Source: an uncultured bacterium
GTDB taxonomy: Bacteria; Desulfobacterota_D; UBA1144; Nemesobacterales; UBA2774
Length of the DNA: 64,000 nt
Assembly: GCA_963705505.1 (NCBI GenBank)
Contig: CAVPJU010000008.1
Location: 96,001 to 160,000 of the forward strand
Direction: 5' to 3'
Every line of letters starts with the position of its first letter. The stretch's first letter is position 1. The notes beneath the pieces are model-generated. The model ran no database searches. It was not told the origin of the DNA and saw only the letters and a list, made by a program, of their open reading frames with translations. The translations under genes were made by a program, and so were the position numbers. Shown piece by piece: positions 30,217 through 39,820 of this stretch.

Positions 30217-30993
30217 TCACCGGACACGCCTCAGAACGGTAAGAACAATCTGGTTACGCTGACCCTTCTCAAGCTCTTCGCTGACTCTTGCGGAAGCTTT
30301 GACTGTCGGATGTTCTGGGTCTATTGAAATATCTTGTAGCCTTCCCGTATAACCAAATCGCTCGACAAACTGAGCATAATGAAGTCCGAACTTCTGTATA
30401 AAGCGTCCAATGGCAACACTGAAAAGCACGTGAATGCCCACACCTGACGGACTTGTACCTTTCATCTGGCGTAGAGCTACATTTACATCATCGTCTACAT
30501 GTGCCCCCCCGCCTTTATCAGCAATGGATCTTATTATCTCGCGAAGTGAAAGAACCGAAGGGTAGTCCGTGAGTGATTGATCCATCCAATCATCAAGCGG
30601 CAGCATCATAGCTCCCGAACCGAATTCAAGGTCTGCTACCTGGAGCCCATTTTCATACGTGGTGATGAGAAACGGCATTCGGGCAAGACGGAATTCTTGA
30701 CCCGGCGGATGCTGAACATCCAACTGAGCTTGTACACCATCAAGGAGATCCGTTTTAGACGGTTCCAAATATTCTATTGGACGTAAAATACCAAATTTGA
30801 GATCAGGGAAGACTCTAGAAAGCAATGGAGGTTTGTCGCAGAGTAGAATCCGCAATTGCCCCGCGAGAGGACGATACATATGAATGGCTCCATTGTAGTA
30901 ATTCGCCAAACAGGTATCGACAACAGCAAAGCATTCCTTTAGTTCTTCGTGCCGCCGTTGCTTTTTCCTAGTATCCTCTGAAATTGTTTCCAT
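30217..30993 (-). CDS. Hypothetical protein (258 aa), AT-rich
   Basis: Intact ORF with LAGQLRILLCD and IRSIADKGGGAHVD motifs; no confident family. Confidence 0.7.
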   Translation of the reverse strand: METISEDTRKKQRRHEELKECFAVVDTCLANYYNGAIHMYRPLAGQLRILLCDKPPLLSRVFPDLKFGILRPIEYLEPSKTDLLDGVQAQLDVQHPPGQEFRLARMPFLITTYENGLQVADLEFGSGAMMLPLDDWMDQSLTDYPSVLSLREIIRSIADKGGGAHVDDDVNVALRQMKGTSPSGVGIHVLFSVAIGRFIQKFGLHYAQFVERFGYTGRLQDISIDPEHPTVKASARVSEELEKGQRNQIVLTVLRRVR

Positions 30994-31105
30994 TTTGCGC
31001 CTATATTTTTCATCTCAATATTTATTTTACTAGAACATTGAGGTTTTCTCACTGCCTGTGTCAGGACTAGAAGTTAGACTTTAAAAGACTTAGAATTGAG
31101 ATACT

Positions 31106-31538
31106 TCACCCGCACTCCCCGCACACGCCGTGGAGGTAGAGCTGCAGGGGATTCGATGCGGACGTTGCCGAGCATGGATTTTTCCGTATCCAGCTCGTAT
31201 GTGAAGTCCTTGAGATATACGTCTATTACCTTCCCGCATTTCTCGCAGACGAAGTGGTGGTGCTCTTCGAGGTTGGTATCGTACCTCGTGGAAGGGCCGC
31301 CGAGGTCGAGGTGCGAGAGAAGCCCGGCTTCGACGAGCTGCTCCATGTTCCTGTAAACGGTCGCGGGCGAGAGCATCGGGTACTCGGCTTTCGCCTTCTG
31401 ATATATCTCGTCGGCGGTCATGTGGAGGTTATCCCCGGCGAGGATATGGAATATAACCATCCTTTGCGGGGTGAGCTTTAACCCCTTCTCTTTAGACCTT
31501 TTTATCAATTTTTCCAGTTTAAACGCTTTCTCTCTCAC
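31106..31538 (-). CDS. Fur/PerR family transcriptional regulator (extra base in a CCCC run near 31150)
   Basis: LTPQRMVI, ATVYRNM, HHHFVCEKCG; removing one C restores LQLYLHGVCGECG* (second CxxC), ending at 31106. Confidence 0.9.
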
Positions 31539-31594
31539 AATTTTTACAGTTTACCCGCGAATTGCCGGGTTGTAAATGCATAATTTTTGCATAT

Positions 31595-31611
31595 AAGAAT
31601 AATTATTACTT
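31595..31611. promoter_or_regulatory. Per/Fur-box-like operator between the divergent perR-like and dps genes
   Basis: AAGAATAATTATTACTT near-palindrome resembling TTATAATNATTATAA. Confidence 0.55.
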
Positions 31612-31681
31612 GATAATTGATATCGCTCAGTTATCTTATTATCCTATATTCCAGAGACAAAAACAGGAGGCATGCAAAATC

Positions 31682-32158
31682 ATGATAAATATAGGAATAG
31701 AAGACAAAAACAGCGCGCAGGTAGTGAAGATACTGACGAGGGTGCTTGCAGATGAATATGTGCTCTACACGAAGACCAGGGGCTACCACTGGAACGTGAT
31801 AGGGATGCAGTTTAACGATTTGCACAAGTTCTTCGAGGCCCAGTACACGGCTCTCGAGCAGATAATCGACGACGTCGCCGAAAGGGCGAGGACAGTCGGC
31901 GGGCACGCGCTCGGCTCTTTACAGGAGATGCTCGATAACAAGACTCTCGAAGAGGACACGACAAAGGGCACAGACTCCGCGCACATGGTACGTTCGCTGC
32001 TCACCGACCACGAGCACGTCGTAAAGAAGCTGAGGAAGGACCTGAGGGCCTGCGACGAGAAATATAACGATATGGGGACGAGCGATTTCCTCACGGGACT
32101 GATGGAGAACCACGAGAAGATGGCGTGGATGCTGAGGGCGTATCTCGACGGGAAGTAA
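31682..32158 (+). CDS. dps: DNA starvation/stationary phase protection protein
   Basis: KTRGYHWNVIG, LHKFFE, DDVAER, HEKMAWML; AGGAG RBS before ATG 31682. Confidence 0.95.
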   Translation: MINIGIEDKNSAQVVKILTRVLADEYVLYTKTRGYHWNVIGMQFNDLHKFFEAQYTALEQIIDDVAERARTVGGHALGSLQEMLDNKTLEEDTTKGTDSAHMVRSLLTDHEHVVKKLRKDLRACDEKYNDMGTSDFLTGLMENHEKMAWMLRAYLDGK

Positions 32159-32199
32159 GGTGGAGGGGTTAAAGATGAGATTGCCGCGGCAGCTTCCTC

Positions 32200-32700
32200 G
32201 GCCTTATTGCTTCTCCAGACCCCTAGGCCCGTCCACGCTGAATATGAATACATCACTGACTGCTCTGCTTTTAAGGTCAGTCAGGACCCCCAGCCAAAAC
32301 CCACTACTCTCCCTTGCGCTTATCCAGAATCCCAATATCTCCTTCCTCCGTCAATCCCAAGCCCTATCACCACGTATATGGCCTTGTTAATTACCTTTCC
32401 CTCTTCACGTACTTTATAGAAAATGCAGTCAAGCCAAAGTACCGCGTAGACTTCTTCACGGTCTCGATTGCCACTCCTCCAGCCGGGGAAGCATCTGTCC
32501 GTGAGTCTCGATATCAACGACGGGCTGAGCTCTACTCCGTACATATCCTCCATGATCTCCTGTATATCCCGGGTGGTCATACCCTTAGAATATAGAGCTA
32601 CGATCTTGTCCTCTAAATCATCGAGCACGCTCTGGCGCTTCTTTACTATCTGTGGCTCAAACTCCGAGTTCCGGTCCCGGGGAACTTCAAGCTGGCTTCG
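32200..32700 (-). mobile_element. IS256-family transposase internal remnant
   Basis: VPRDRNSEFEPQIVKKRQ, LYSKGMTTRDI, LWLDCIFYKVRE, NKAIYVVIG; frameshifted, with no ends recognised. Confidence 0.88.
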
Positions 32701-33265
32701 CCAATAGGCTACGCCGGGACAAGTCGCTCCCTCGCAATGACAGTGTAGGCAGGCGGATGAGCATCGAAGGAACCGTAGAACCACGCTACGTGTGTGAGCA
32801 CACATTATGTGCCGAAGGATGAAAGGGTTGATAAAATTAATGACCCCCATCCTTCACCTTCCCCCCGCCTCGGGGGAAGGAATTAAAAGAAATGAAAAAT
32901 CCTCCCTGACCCTCCTTTACAAAGGAGGGAATTAAAAGATAGAAGGTGAGATTGCCGCGCTGCGCTCGCAATGACTTAACGAATGGACCACGTCGGGAAT
33001 GACAGAGAGTCGCTTCCTCGCAATCACACTGCACTCATGCGGAAGAGCATTGAAGGAAACGAAAAATCCACCCTGACCTCCTTTAGCACAAAGGAGGGAA
33101 TTAAAGGATAAGAGAAGGTGAGATTGCCGCGCTGCGCTCGCAATGACTAATAAAAGAATGGATTCCCGATCGGCGTCGGGAATGACAAGAATGATGAGAT
33201 TGCTTCGCGTTGCTCGCAATTACACCCCCACCCACACCCTCCCCATCGAGGGGAGAGGGAAATAA
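32694..33265. repeat. Mosaic of REP-like palindromes with an approximately 167-bp imperfect tandem duplication
   Basis: GAGATTGCCGCGCTGCGCTCGCAATGAC at 32948 and 33120 (variant at 33196); CCTCCTTT..AAAGGAGG hairpin units at 32894 and 33061; C-rich/G-rich hairpins near 32844 and 33225. Confidence 0.8.
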
Positions 33266-33479
33266 GCTGAGAGGTATCCCCTCCCCGGGTGCGGGTATTT
33301 GACACGGGAAGCGCCCGGGTGTTACATTGATGCCCTGTTTAGGGGGACGGGGTATCTCCGCAAGACCGGGATTACCGTGAATCACTCTCATTCGGTATAA
33401 TAAAATCTGTGGAATTAAGATTTTCACCGAATTTTTATTAACCGTATAGTTAAGGTGTGAGAATAAGGAGAGACAGACC

Positions 33480-33890
33480 ATGGGATTCAAAAAAATCATA
33501 GGCATCAAGAAAGACGAGCCGACAGATACGGGAGACAAAAACGTCTCCCTAACCAAATTCGAGAAATCGGATAATGAAGACAAAAACCTGGTGCTCACCG
33601 ACGAGGACGTGTTCGAGGCGCTTCAAAACGTATACGACCCCGAGATACCCGTGAGCATAGTCGACCTCGGACTCATATACGACGTCAAGATATCCTCGGG
33701 CAGGAACGTGAGCATCAAGATGTCCCTCACGACTCCGGGCTGCGGAATGGGCGCAATGATCGCCCAGCAGGCGGAGACGGCGGTCAGGGAGATCGGCGCC
33801 GACAACGTGCTGATCGAAGTCGTCTGGGACCCGCCCTGGAACCCCGACATGATGTCGGATCAGGCCAAAGAAAAGCTCGGCATGGCATAG
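33480..33890 (+). CDS. DUF59/SufT-like Fe-S cluster assembly protein
   Basis: VYDPEIPVSIVDLGLIY, MSLTTPGCGMG, VWDPPWNPDMMS. Confidence 0.92.
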   Translation: MGFKKIIGIKKDEPTDTGDKNVSLTKFEKSDNEDKNLVLTDEDVFEALQNVYDPEIPVSIVDLGLIYDVKISSGRNVSIKMSLTTPGCGMGAMIAQQAETAVREIGADNVLIEVVWDPPWNPDMMSDQAKEKLGMA

Positions 33891-33934
33891 TCGCATAGAC
33901 CGGCAATAATTAAAAAGGAGATTACATCCCACAA

Positions 33935-34993
33935 ATGGAGCTTAACCAGGAAGGCGTCCGGAGCGTCCTTAAAAAGGTCAGGTACCCCGGATTCACTAGA
34001 GACATAGTATCGTTCGGCATAGTAAAAGACGTACAGGTCGATGGGGGCCGTGTAACGGTTTCCCTCATGCTCCCCAAGCCCGACAAGAAAATCGAGACCG
34101 AGATAGGCGAGTCCGTGAGGAGCGCTCTGCTCGAGACCCCCGGAGTCTCGGACGTCGATATACGCATCGGCGCAAGGGAGCCCAAAGCCGCGCCCGGACA
34201 GGGACAGGCTAAGGCGGAAGCCCCGTCCAAGCTCCCGGCGATCAAGTACTACATTGCGGTCGCGAGCGGCAAGGGAGGAGTGGGCAAATCGACAGTCGCA
34301 GTCAACCTCGCCGTGGCAATGGCCATGAAGAGGCAGGGCGTGGGACTCATGGACGCCGACATCTGGGGGCCGAGCCTGCCGATAATGTTAGGCGTAAAGG
34401 ACAGGCCTCACGCGACCGAGCAGAACAGGATAATCCCGCTCGAGAAGCACGGACTTAAACTCATGTCGATCGGCTTTCTCATAAGCGAGGACGAGACCGT
34501 CATATGGCGCGGGCCGATGGTGCACGGCGCTATAAAGCAGTTCATCGAGGACGTCGAGTGGACAGGGATCGACTACCTCGTCATAGACCTCCCTCCCGGG
34601 ACAGGCGACGCGCAGCTTTCGCTCGTGCAGACGGCGCCCTTGAGCGGGGGACTCATCGTCACCACCCCGCAGGACGTAGCGCTTATAGACGTGAGGCGCG
34701 GGGTGCAGATGTTCAGGAAGCTGAACGTGCCCATAATCGGCATTGTCGAGAACATGAGCTATCTGGAAGCCCCCGGGGGCGAGAATATAGATATATTCGG
34801 AAGGGGCGGAGGCAGGAGGATGGCCGAGAAGTTCGAAGTGCCGTTCCTTGGAGAGATACCCATAGACCCCGAAATAAGAAAGGGCGGGGACTCGGGCGTC
34901 CCTATCGTCATATCCAAGCCCGAAAGCACGGCGGCGAAGGCGTTCATGGAGCTTGCCGATGTAGTGCTGAGATCCATAGAGAATACTCAATAA
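33935..34993 (+). CDS. mrp: Mrp/ApbC Fe-S cluster carrier ATPase
   Basis: VASGKGGVGKST, DADIWGPS, IWRGPMV, DLPPGTGD, GIVENMS. Confidence 0.95.
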   Translation: MELNQEGVRSVLKKVRYPGFTRDIVSFGIVKDVQVDGGRVTVSLMLPKPDKKIETEIGESVRSALLETPGVSDVDIRIGAREPKAAPGQGQAKAEAPSKLPAIKYYIAVASGKGGVGKSTVAVNLAVAMAMKRQGVGLMDADIWGPSLPIMLGVKDRPHATEQNRIIPLEKHGLKLMSIGFLISEDETVIWRGPMVHGAIKQFIEDVEWTGIDYLVIDLPPGTGDAQLSLVQTAPLSGGLIVTTPQDVALIDVRRGVQMFRKLNVPIIGIVENMSYLEAPGGENIDIFGRGGGRRMAEKFEVPFLGEIPIDPEIRKGGDSGVPIVISKPESTAAKAFMELADVVLRSIENTQ

Positions 34994-35270
34994 TTAAGCC
35001 GCGCCCGGCTCATATAATCCCCCGGACCGCATTCTTGAATCGACCCCGCGGGTGATTATTTTAACCTTATAAGAGCTTCCCGCTCCCACGAAAATATTGA
35101 CTCCGGTAAAATTAAGGCTAATTTTAAGTACTGCGCGTCCGGGATAAATATTTCGAAGAAGGAAGCGGCGATACCGGAGCGGATTGCGATTGAGGTAAAA
35201 TGAGTTAATGGCTATTCTCTCCTTGACCCGGCCTTCACCGGAGGACAGGATAGCCACTCCACGAATATAA

Positions 35271-36263
35271 ATGGCGACGACTGTTAAAGACTATTACAAG
35301 ATACTGGGCGTATCCAAGAACGCGACAAAAGAAGAGATCAAAAAGGCTTACAGGAGCCTCGCGCGGAAATACCACCCCGACCTGAACCCGGACAACAAGG
35401 AATCCGAGGAGAAGTTCAAAGAGCTGCAGGAAGCCCACGAGGTGCTTTCCGACGAGGAGAAAAGAAAGACTTATGATATGTTCGGGAGCGCCGAATTCAG
35501 ACCCGGAGGCAGGACGACGTGGAAGCGCGCCGGGGATACCGGAGAAGGGCAGGCGTACGAGTACAGCTACAGCGCTAACGACTTCACCGGGTTCGAGGAC
35601 ATTTTCAAGGACATATTCGGGTTCACGGGCGAAGGGAGACCCGGCAGGAGCAGGGGCGACGCGTTCCGCGATATATTCACCACTGTGACGAAGGAAAGGG
35701 CCGCGAGAGGAAGGGACCTCGAATACCAGATAGAGATAGACTTCGATACCGCAATCAAGGGGGGCGTGAGGGATCTATCCATTAGCAGGCAGAAGCAGGA
35801 TACGGTGGAGACCGAAAAACTCTCGGTCAGGATACCCGCCGGAGTCGACAACGGCTCACGGATACGGGTCCAGGGCAAGGGCGAGGGAGGGGGCACAAAG
35901 GGAGACCTATATTTAAGGGTCAAGGTCAAGCCGCATCCTATATACAGGAGAAAGGGAGACGACATCTACCTCGAAGTGCCCGTCACGGTCTACGAAGCCG
36001 CTCTCGGCAAGAAAATAGAGATACCGACAATAGACGGGACGGCGGAGCTAACGATCCCGCCCGGAGTGCAGAGCGGGACCAAGCTCAGGCTCAAGGGCAA
36101 AGGCGTCACCAACCTGAAAACCAAGGCGAGAGGGGACCAGTACATAGAGATAAAGGTAGTAATGCCCGACAAGATCGACGAGGACGACAGGAAGAGGTTC
36201 GAAGAGCTTGAGAAATCGCACCCGTACAATCCGAGAACGAAGTTCGGAAGGTATATGAGGTAA
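35271..36263 (+). CDS. DnaJ-class chaperone lacking the zinc finger (CbpA-like)
   Basis: J domain with KYHPD; C-terminal DnaJ_C repeats; no CxxCxGxG motifs. Confidence 0.92.
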   Translation: MATTVKDYYKILGVSKNATKEEIKKAYRSLARKYHPDLNPDNKESEEKFKELQEAHEVLSDEEKRKTYDMFGSAEFRPGGRTTWKRAGDTGEGQAYEYSYSANDFTGFEDIFKDIFGFTGEGRPGRSRGDAFRDIFTTVTKERAARGRDLEYQIEIDFDTAIKGGVRDLSISRQKQDTVETEKLSVRIPAGVDNGSRIRVQGKGEGGGTKGDLYLRVKVKPHPIYRRKGDDIYLEVPVTVYEAALGKKIEIPTIDGTAELTIPPGVQSGTKLRLKGKGVTNLKTKARGDQYIEIKVVMPDKIDEDDRKRFEELEKSHPYNPRTKFGRYMR

Positions 36264-36349
36264 CGGCGTCCGGTCGCCGTGCCGCCCGATGGAAACGTTT
36301 AATAACATCGATGCGGAGCAAAGAGAGCAAAATACAGGAGGAAGAAGAA

Positions 36350-36637
36350 ATGAGTGATGAAACCAAACAGAAGCCGAGATCGGGGGAGCTGACGATGGAC
36401 TTCTCGGCGTTTATCCTTTCCTTAAATGCCTCCTCGCTTATACATCTCGGGGAGATACACGACCCGGAGTCGAGGGAGAGAAGCGTGAACATACCCGCCG
36501 CGAAACACACCATAGAGATACTTGAGATCATAAAGGAAAAGACCGCGGGGAACCTGGACAAGGACGAGAAGAAACTCCTCGAGGATATCCTCTATACGCT
36601 CAGGCTGAAATTCCTCCAGCACTCCAAGTCCGAATAG
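36350..36637 (+). CDS. DUF1844 family protein
   Basis: FSAFILSL...HLGEIHDP, AKHTIEIL...KTAGNL, LYTLRLKF. Confidence 0.85.
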   Translation: MSDETKQKPRSGELTMDFSAFILSLNASSLIHLGEIHDPESRERSVNIPAAKHTIEILEIIKEKTAGNLDKDEKKLLEDILYTLRLKFLQHSKSE

Positions 36638-36663
36638 CCGGAATTAAAACGGATTAAAAACCG

Positions 36664-37389
36664 TCACGCCCTTACAGGGGATTCCCCGTTTATTATCTGA
36701 TAGGTATTCGAGACGACCTCGTCCACGAGAGCGGGGCCGATATGCTTTTTGATAACGGCGAGACCGTCCGATACGATGGGGATTCTGTGCTTTCTCGAAT
36801 GCGCGTCCGACGAGATGAAATGAAGAACGCCCAGCTTCGCGAACTCGAGCGAGCACTTCTTAGCCGCGTCCCCGAACCCTCCAGACAGGCTCGACGCCGT
36901 AACCTGCACTAAAGCTCCCATGCTGACTAACTCCAGTATCCTCTTGGGCGCGCTCTGGAACTCGCGGTTACGCTCCGGGTGCGCGAGCACGGCTTTCTTT
37001 CCCAGCGATTCGAGCCCGAAAATGACCTCTTCGATGCCGAGCGGGAGGCTGTAAAAAGGTATCTCGATGAGTATATAATCGCTGTCCGCGAGAGTGAGGA
37101 CCTCGCCGTTCGAGACGTATCTCGGAAGGTCGGGAATAATCCCTATCTCCATCCCCGGAAAAACCTTGAAATCGAGCCCCGCTTCGCCGATCCTGCTGTT
37201 AAGCTCGGCGACGACGCTCCTTACGGTCTCGGGACTCGGCTGCCAGTTCGTGCCCTGTATCCAGTGGGGCGTCGTGACGGCTCCCTTTATCCCGTCCCCG
37301 ATGGCGATCCTTATCATCTCGAGGCTCTCCTCCCAGCTCTTGGACCCATCGTCTATGTTCGGCAGCAGGTGGCAGTGTATGTCGATCAT
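36664..37389 (-). CDS. CpsB/CapC-type PHP protein-tyrosine phosphatase
   Basis: MIDIHCHLLPNIDDG, TTPH, LAHPERN, SSDAH. Confidence 0.92.
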   Translation of the reverse strand: MIDIHCHLLPNIDDGSKSWEESLEMIRIAIGDGIKGAVTTPHWIQGTNWQPSPETVRSVVAELNSRIGEAGLDFKVFPGMEIGIIPDLPRYVSNGEVLTLADSDYILIEIPFYSLPLGIEEVIFGLESLGKKAVLAHPERNREFQSAPKRILELVSMGALVQVTASSLSGGFGDAAKKCSLEFAKLGVLHFISSDAHSRKHRIPIVSDGLAVIKKHIGPALVDEVVSNTYQIINGESPVRA

Positions 37390-37513
37390 TGCGTAGTAGT
37401 ATATACAACCAGAACAAACCGTAAACTATACTTAATTTACAGTAATTTCGAACTCTATTATAATAAGAGTGTTTTCCGGCAAATAAAGGGGTAAATAAAG
37501 AAAAAGGAAAAAT

Positions 37514-38977
37514 ATGCGCATCGAAGAGATACTGAAGCGGTTCGGCAGGCAGAAGATACTCGTCGTAGGGGACATAATGCTCGACTGCTACGTGAGGGGC
37601 GCGGTCGACAGGATTTCCCCCGAGGCTCCCGTCCCCGTGCTAAAGGTCATGGAGGAAGCGAGCACGCCCGGAGGCGCGGGGAACGTCGCACTCAATCTCA
37701 GGACGCTCGGCGCGTCCGTCGAGCTCATAGGCGCTCTCGGGAAAGATCCGGAAGGCGATCGGATAGTTCATTTCCTGAAAGAGAACGAAATAGGCACGGG
37801 CGGGATCGTCCGGGACATCGACAAACCCACGACGACGAAGACGAGGCTCATCGCGGGAAACCAGCAAATCGCGCGCATCGATAAAGAAGTCGATACGCTC
37901 ACACACGAGAGGGTAGAGAAAGCGCTCATGGCCTCGATAGACCACGCGGTGAGTCACTTCAAGCCCAAAGGGATAATAATCTCCGACTACTCGAAGGGCA
38001 CAATTACCGACAGGGTCGTCTCTCACGCGATAAAGCTCGCGAAGGAATCCGGAATATTCGTCACGGTCGACCCGAAGGGGGAATTGTACTATAAGTACCG
38101 GGGCGCAGACGCGATCACGCCCAACCTGAAAGAAGCCGAGACCGCGTCCGGGGTCAGGATAAAGGACGAGGAAACTATTAAAGAAGCGGCGAAGAAAATA
38201 ATTGCGCAGACGGAAGCCGACTTCGTGCTTGTAACGCGGGGCGCAGACGGTATCAGTTATTTTTCAAAACACGGGGAGTCCGGAACGGTCCCTTCGCACT
38301 CAGTCGAGGTGTTCGACGTGACGGGCGCGGGCGATACGGCGGCGAGCGTCTTTACACTCGCGTTCCTCGCGTCCTACTTACTGGAAGAATCCGTAAAGAT
38401 AGCCAACGCCGCGGCGGGGATTGTCGTAAGCCGCATCGGGACGTCCAGCGTCACTCAGGCCGACCTCAAGGCTCATTTCGCGAGGGAGGAGGAACGGGAA
38501 AGGTCAAAGATTTCAGCGCGCGGACCTCTCGCGAAAACGCTTTCGGGCCTCCGGGCGAAGGGCAGAAAGGTAGTATTCACGAACGGGTGCTTCGACCTGT
38601 TCCATACGGGGCATTTGAAGCTGCTGCGGGAGGCCCGGAAATTAGGCGACGTGCTGGTAGTAGCGATAAACAGCGATAAATCGGTAAGGAAGCTCAAAGG
38701 GGCAGGCAGGCCCTACATAACGGAAGCCGACCGCGCCATACTCCTTTCGGCGCTTGACTGCGTCGATTATCTCGTCGTATTCGAAGAGGACACCCCGCTT
38801 GAGCTGATAAAGGAGCTAAAACCCGACGTACTGGTAAAGGGCGGAGATTACAAGCCTGAAGATGTGGTCGGCGGAGAATTCGTCAGGAGCTATGGAGGAA
38901 GGGTCAAAATCATCCCCCTCGTTAAGGGCGTATCCACATCGTCACTTGCGGAGAAGATAAAGAACAGCCGGCCATAA
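37514..38977 (+). CDS. hldE: Bifunctional heptose 7-phosphate kinase / heptose 1-phosphate adenylyltransferase
   Basis: RISPEAPVPV, DVTGAGDT, FTNGCFDLFHTGH, LVKGGDY. Confidence 0.95.
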   Translation: MRIEEILKRFGRQKILVVGDIMLDCYVRGAVDRISPEAPVPVLKVMEEASTPGGAGNVALNLRTLGASVELIGALGKDPEGDRIVHFLKENEIGTGGIVRDIDKPTTTKTRLIAGNQQIARIDKEVDTLTHERVEKALMASIDHAVSHFKPKGIIISDYSKGTITDRVVSHAIKLAKESGIFVTVDPKGELYYKYRGADAITPNLKEAETASGVRIKDEETIKEAAKKIIAQTEADFVLVTRGADGISYFSKHGESGTVPSHSVEVFDVTGAGDTAASVFTLAFLASYLLEESVKIANAAAGIVVSRIGTSSVTQADLKAHFAREEERERSKISARGPLAKTLSGLRAKGRKVVFTNGCFDLFHTGHLKLLREARKLGDVLVVAINSDKSVRKLKGAGRPYITEADRAILLSALDCVDYLVVFEEDTPLELIKELKPDVLVKGGDYKPEDVVGGEFVRSYGGRVKIIPLVKGVSTSSLAEKIKNSRP

Positions 38978-39048
38978 GACCGCCGTACGTGACAACGAAC
39001 GACAAGGCGGCGCCCGGGCGGCCTCATCCATTGCCCGCCGTTTCTAAA

Positions 39049-39819
39049 TCAATTGCATATCGTGTTTAGATATCGGTTGGAATTGACTCCGAACTCGGAT
39101 CCCGGTGAAATCTCTTCCACCTTCTTGAATGACTCGCACGCCTTTATGTTGTCATTCAGCTTGAGATAGGCGAGACCGAGGTTGAAGTGGGCTTCCTCAT
39201 AACTGGGGAGCCCTTTTATGGCCTGCTGGAACTCTGTCACCGCCTCCCCGTACCTTCCGGCGGACATATACAATTTGCCGAGCTCGTTGTGCGCGTAGAC
39301 GAAAGCGGGGTTCAGCTTGAGCGCCTGCTCGTAATTCTCCCTCGCCTTCGTCATATCCCCCTTGTTGAAGTAGGCGAGCCCTATGTTCGTGTACGCGTTG
39401 GCTCTCGCCTTGTATGTAGGGTCGGCTACGACGAGGCCGCATTCGGAAATGACCTGGTCGTAATTTTTCTCTATCAGGTATAACCCGCAGAGGTTAAAAT
39501 GCGCGGGCGTGTAAGTGGAGCTCAGGCTGATCGCCTTTTTATAGTTCTGCTCGGCTGCAGGATAATCCTTGAGACCCATATATATGGCGCCCTTTATTAG
39601 ATAGACTTCAGGGTCCTTGTCGTTTATCTTCTCGGCCGCCTCTATCTCCTTCAGGGCCTGCTGGAAGTTGCCCCTCCACGAGGACGCCACTGCGAGCCCC
39701 TTCTGGTTCTCGAACGTCTTCCCCTGATCGACAGCCACATCGGCCTTCTTCTTGGCGCCGCCCCCGCAGGAGACGAGCACAACCGCTATCATGAGAGAAA
39801 CGAGCGCTATATTCTTCAT
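39049..39819 (-). CDS. TPR lipoprotein (PilF/PilW-like)
   Basis: LVSC lipobox, consecutive TPRs, DPTY...AYTNIG pattern. Confidence 0.8.
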   Translation of the reverse strand: MKNIALVSLMIAVVLVSCGGGAKKKADVAVDQGKTFENQKGLAVASSWRGNFQQALKEIEAAEKINDKDPEVYLIKGAIYMGLKDYPAAEQNYKKAISLSSTYTPAHFNLCGLYLIEKNYDQVISECGLVVADPTYKARANAYTNIGLAYFNKGDMTKARENYEQALKLNPAFVYAHNELGKLYMSAGRYGEAVTEFQQAIKGLPSYEEAHFNLGLAYLKLNDNIKACESFKKVEEISPGSEFGVNSNRYLNTICN

Positions 39820-39820
39820 A

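Noticed and set aside
32320..32850. 176-aa ORF as an intact transposase
   Set aside because: Its N-terminus is translated repeat DNA; only an internal, frameshifted IS256 segment is real
32890..33230. Repeated 28-nt palindromic units as a CRISPR array
   Set aside because: Only 2-3 degenerate copies, the intervening sequences are themselves duplicated and too long for spacers, and there are no cas genes; this fits a REP mosaic
35209..35256. Hairpin upstream of the DnaJ-like gene as an RNA thermometer or CIRCE element
   Set aside because: The GGAGG in the stem is about 28 nt from the ATG, too far to be the RBS, and the sequence does not match TTAGCACTC-N9-GAGTGCTAA
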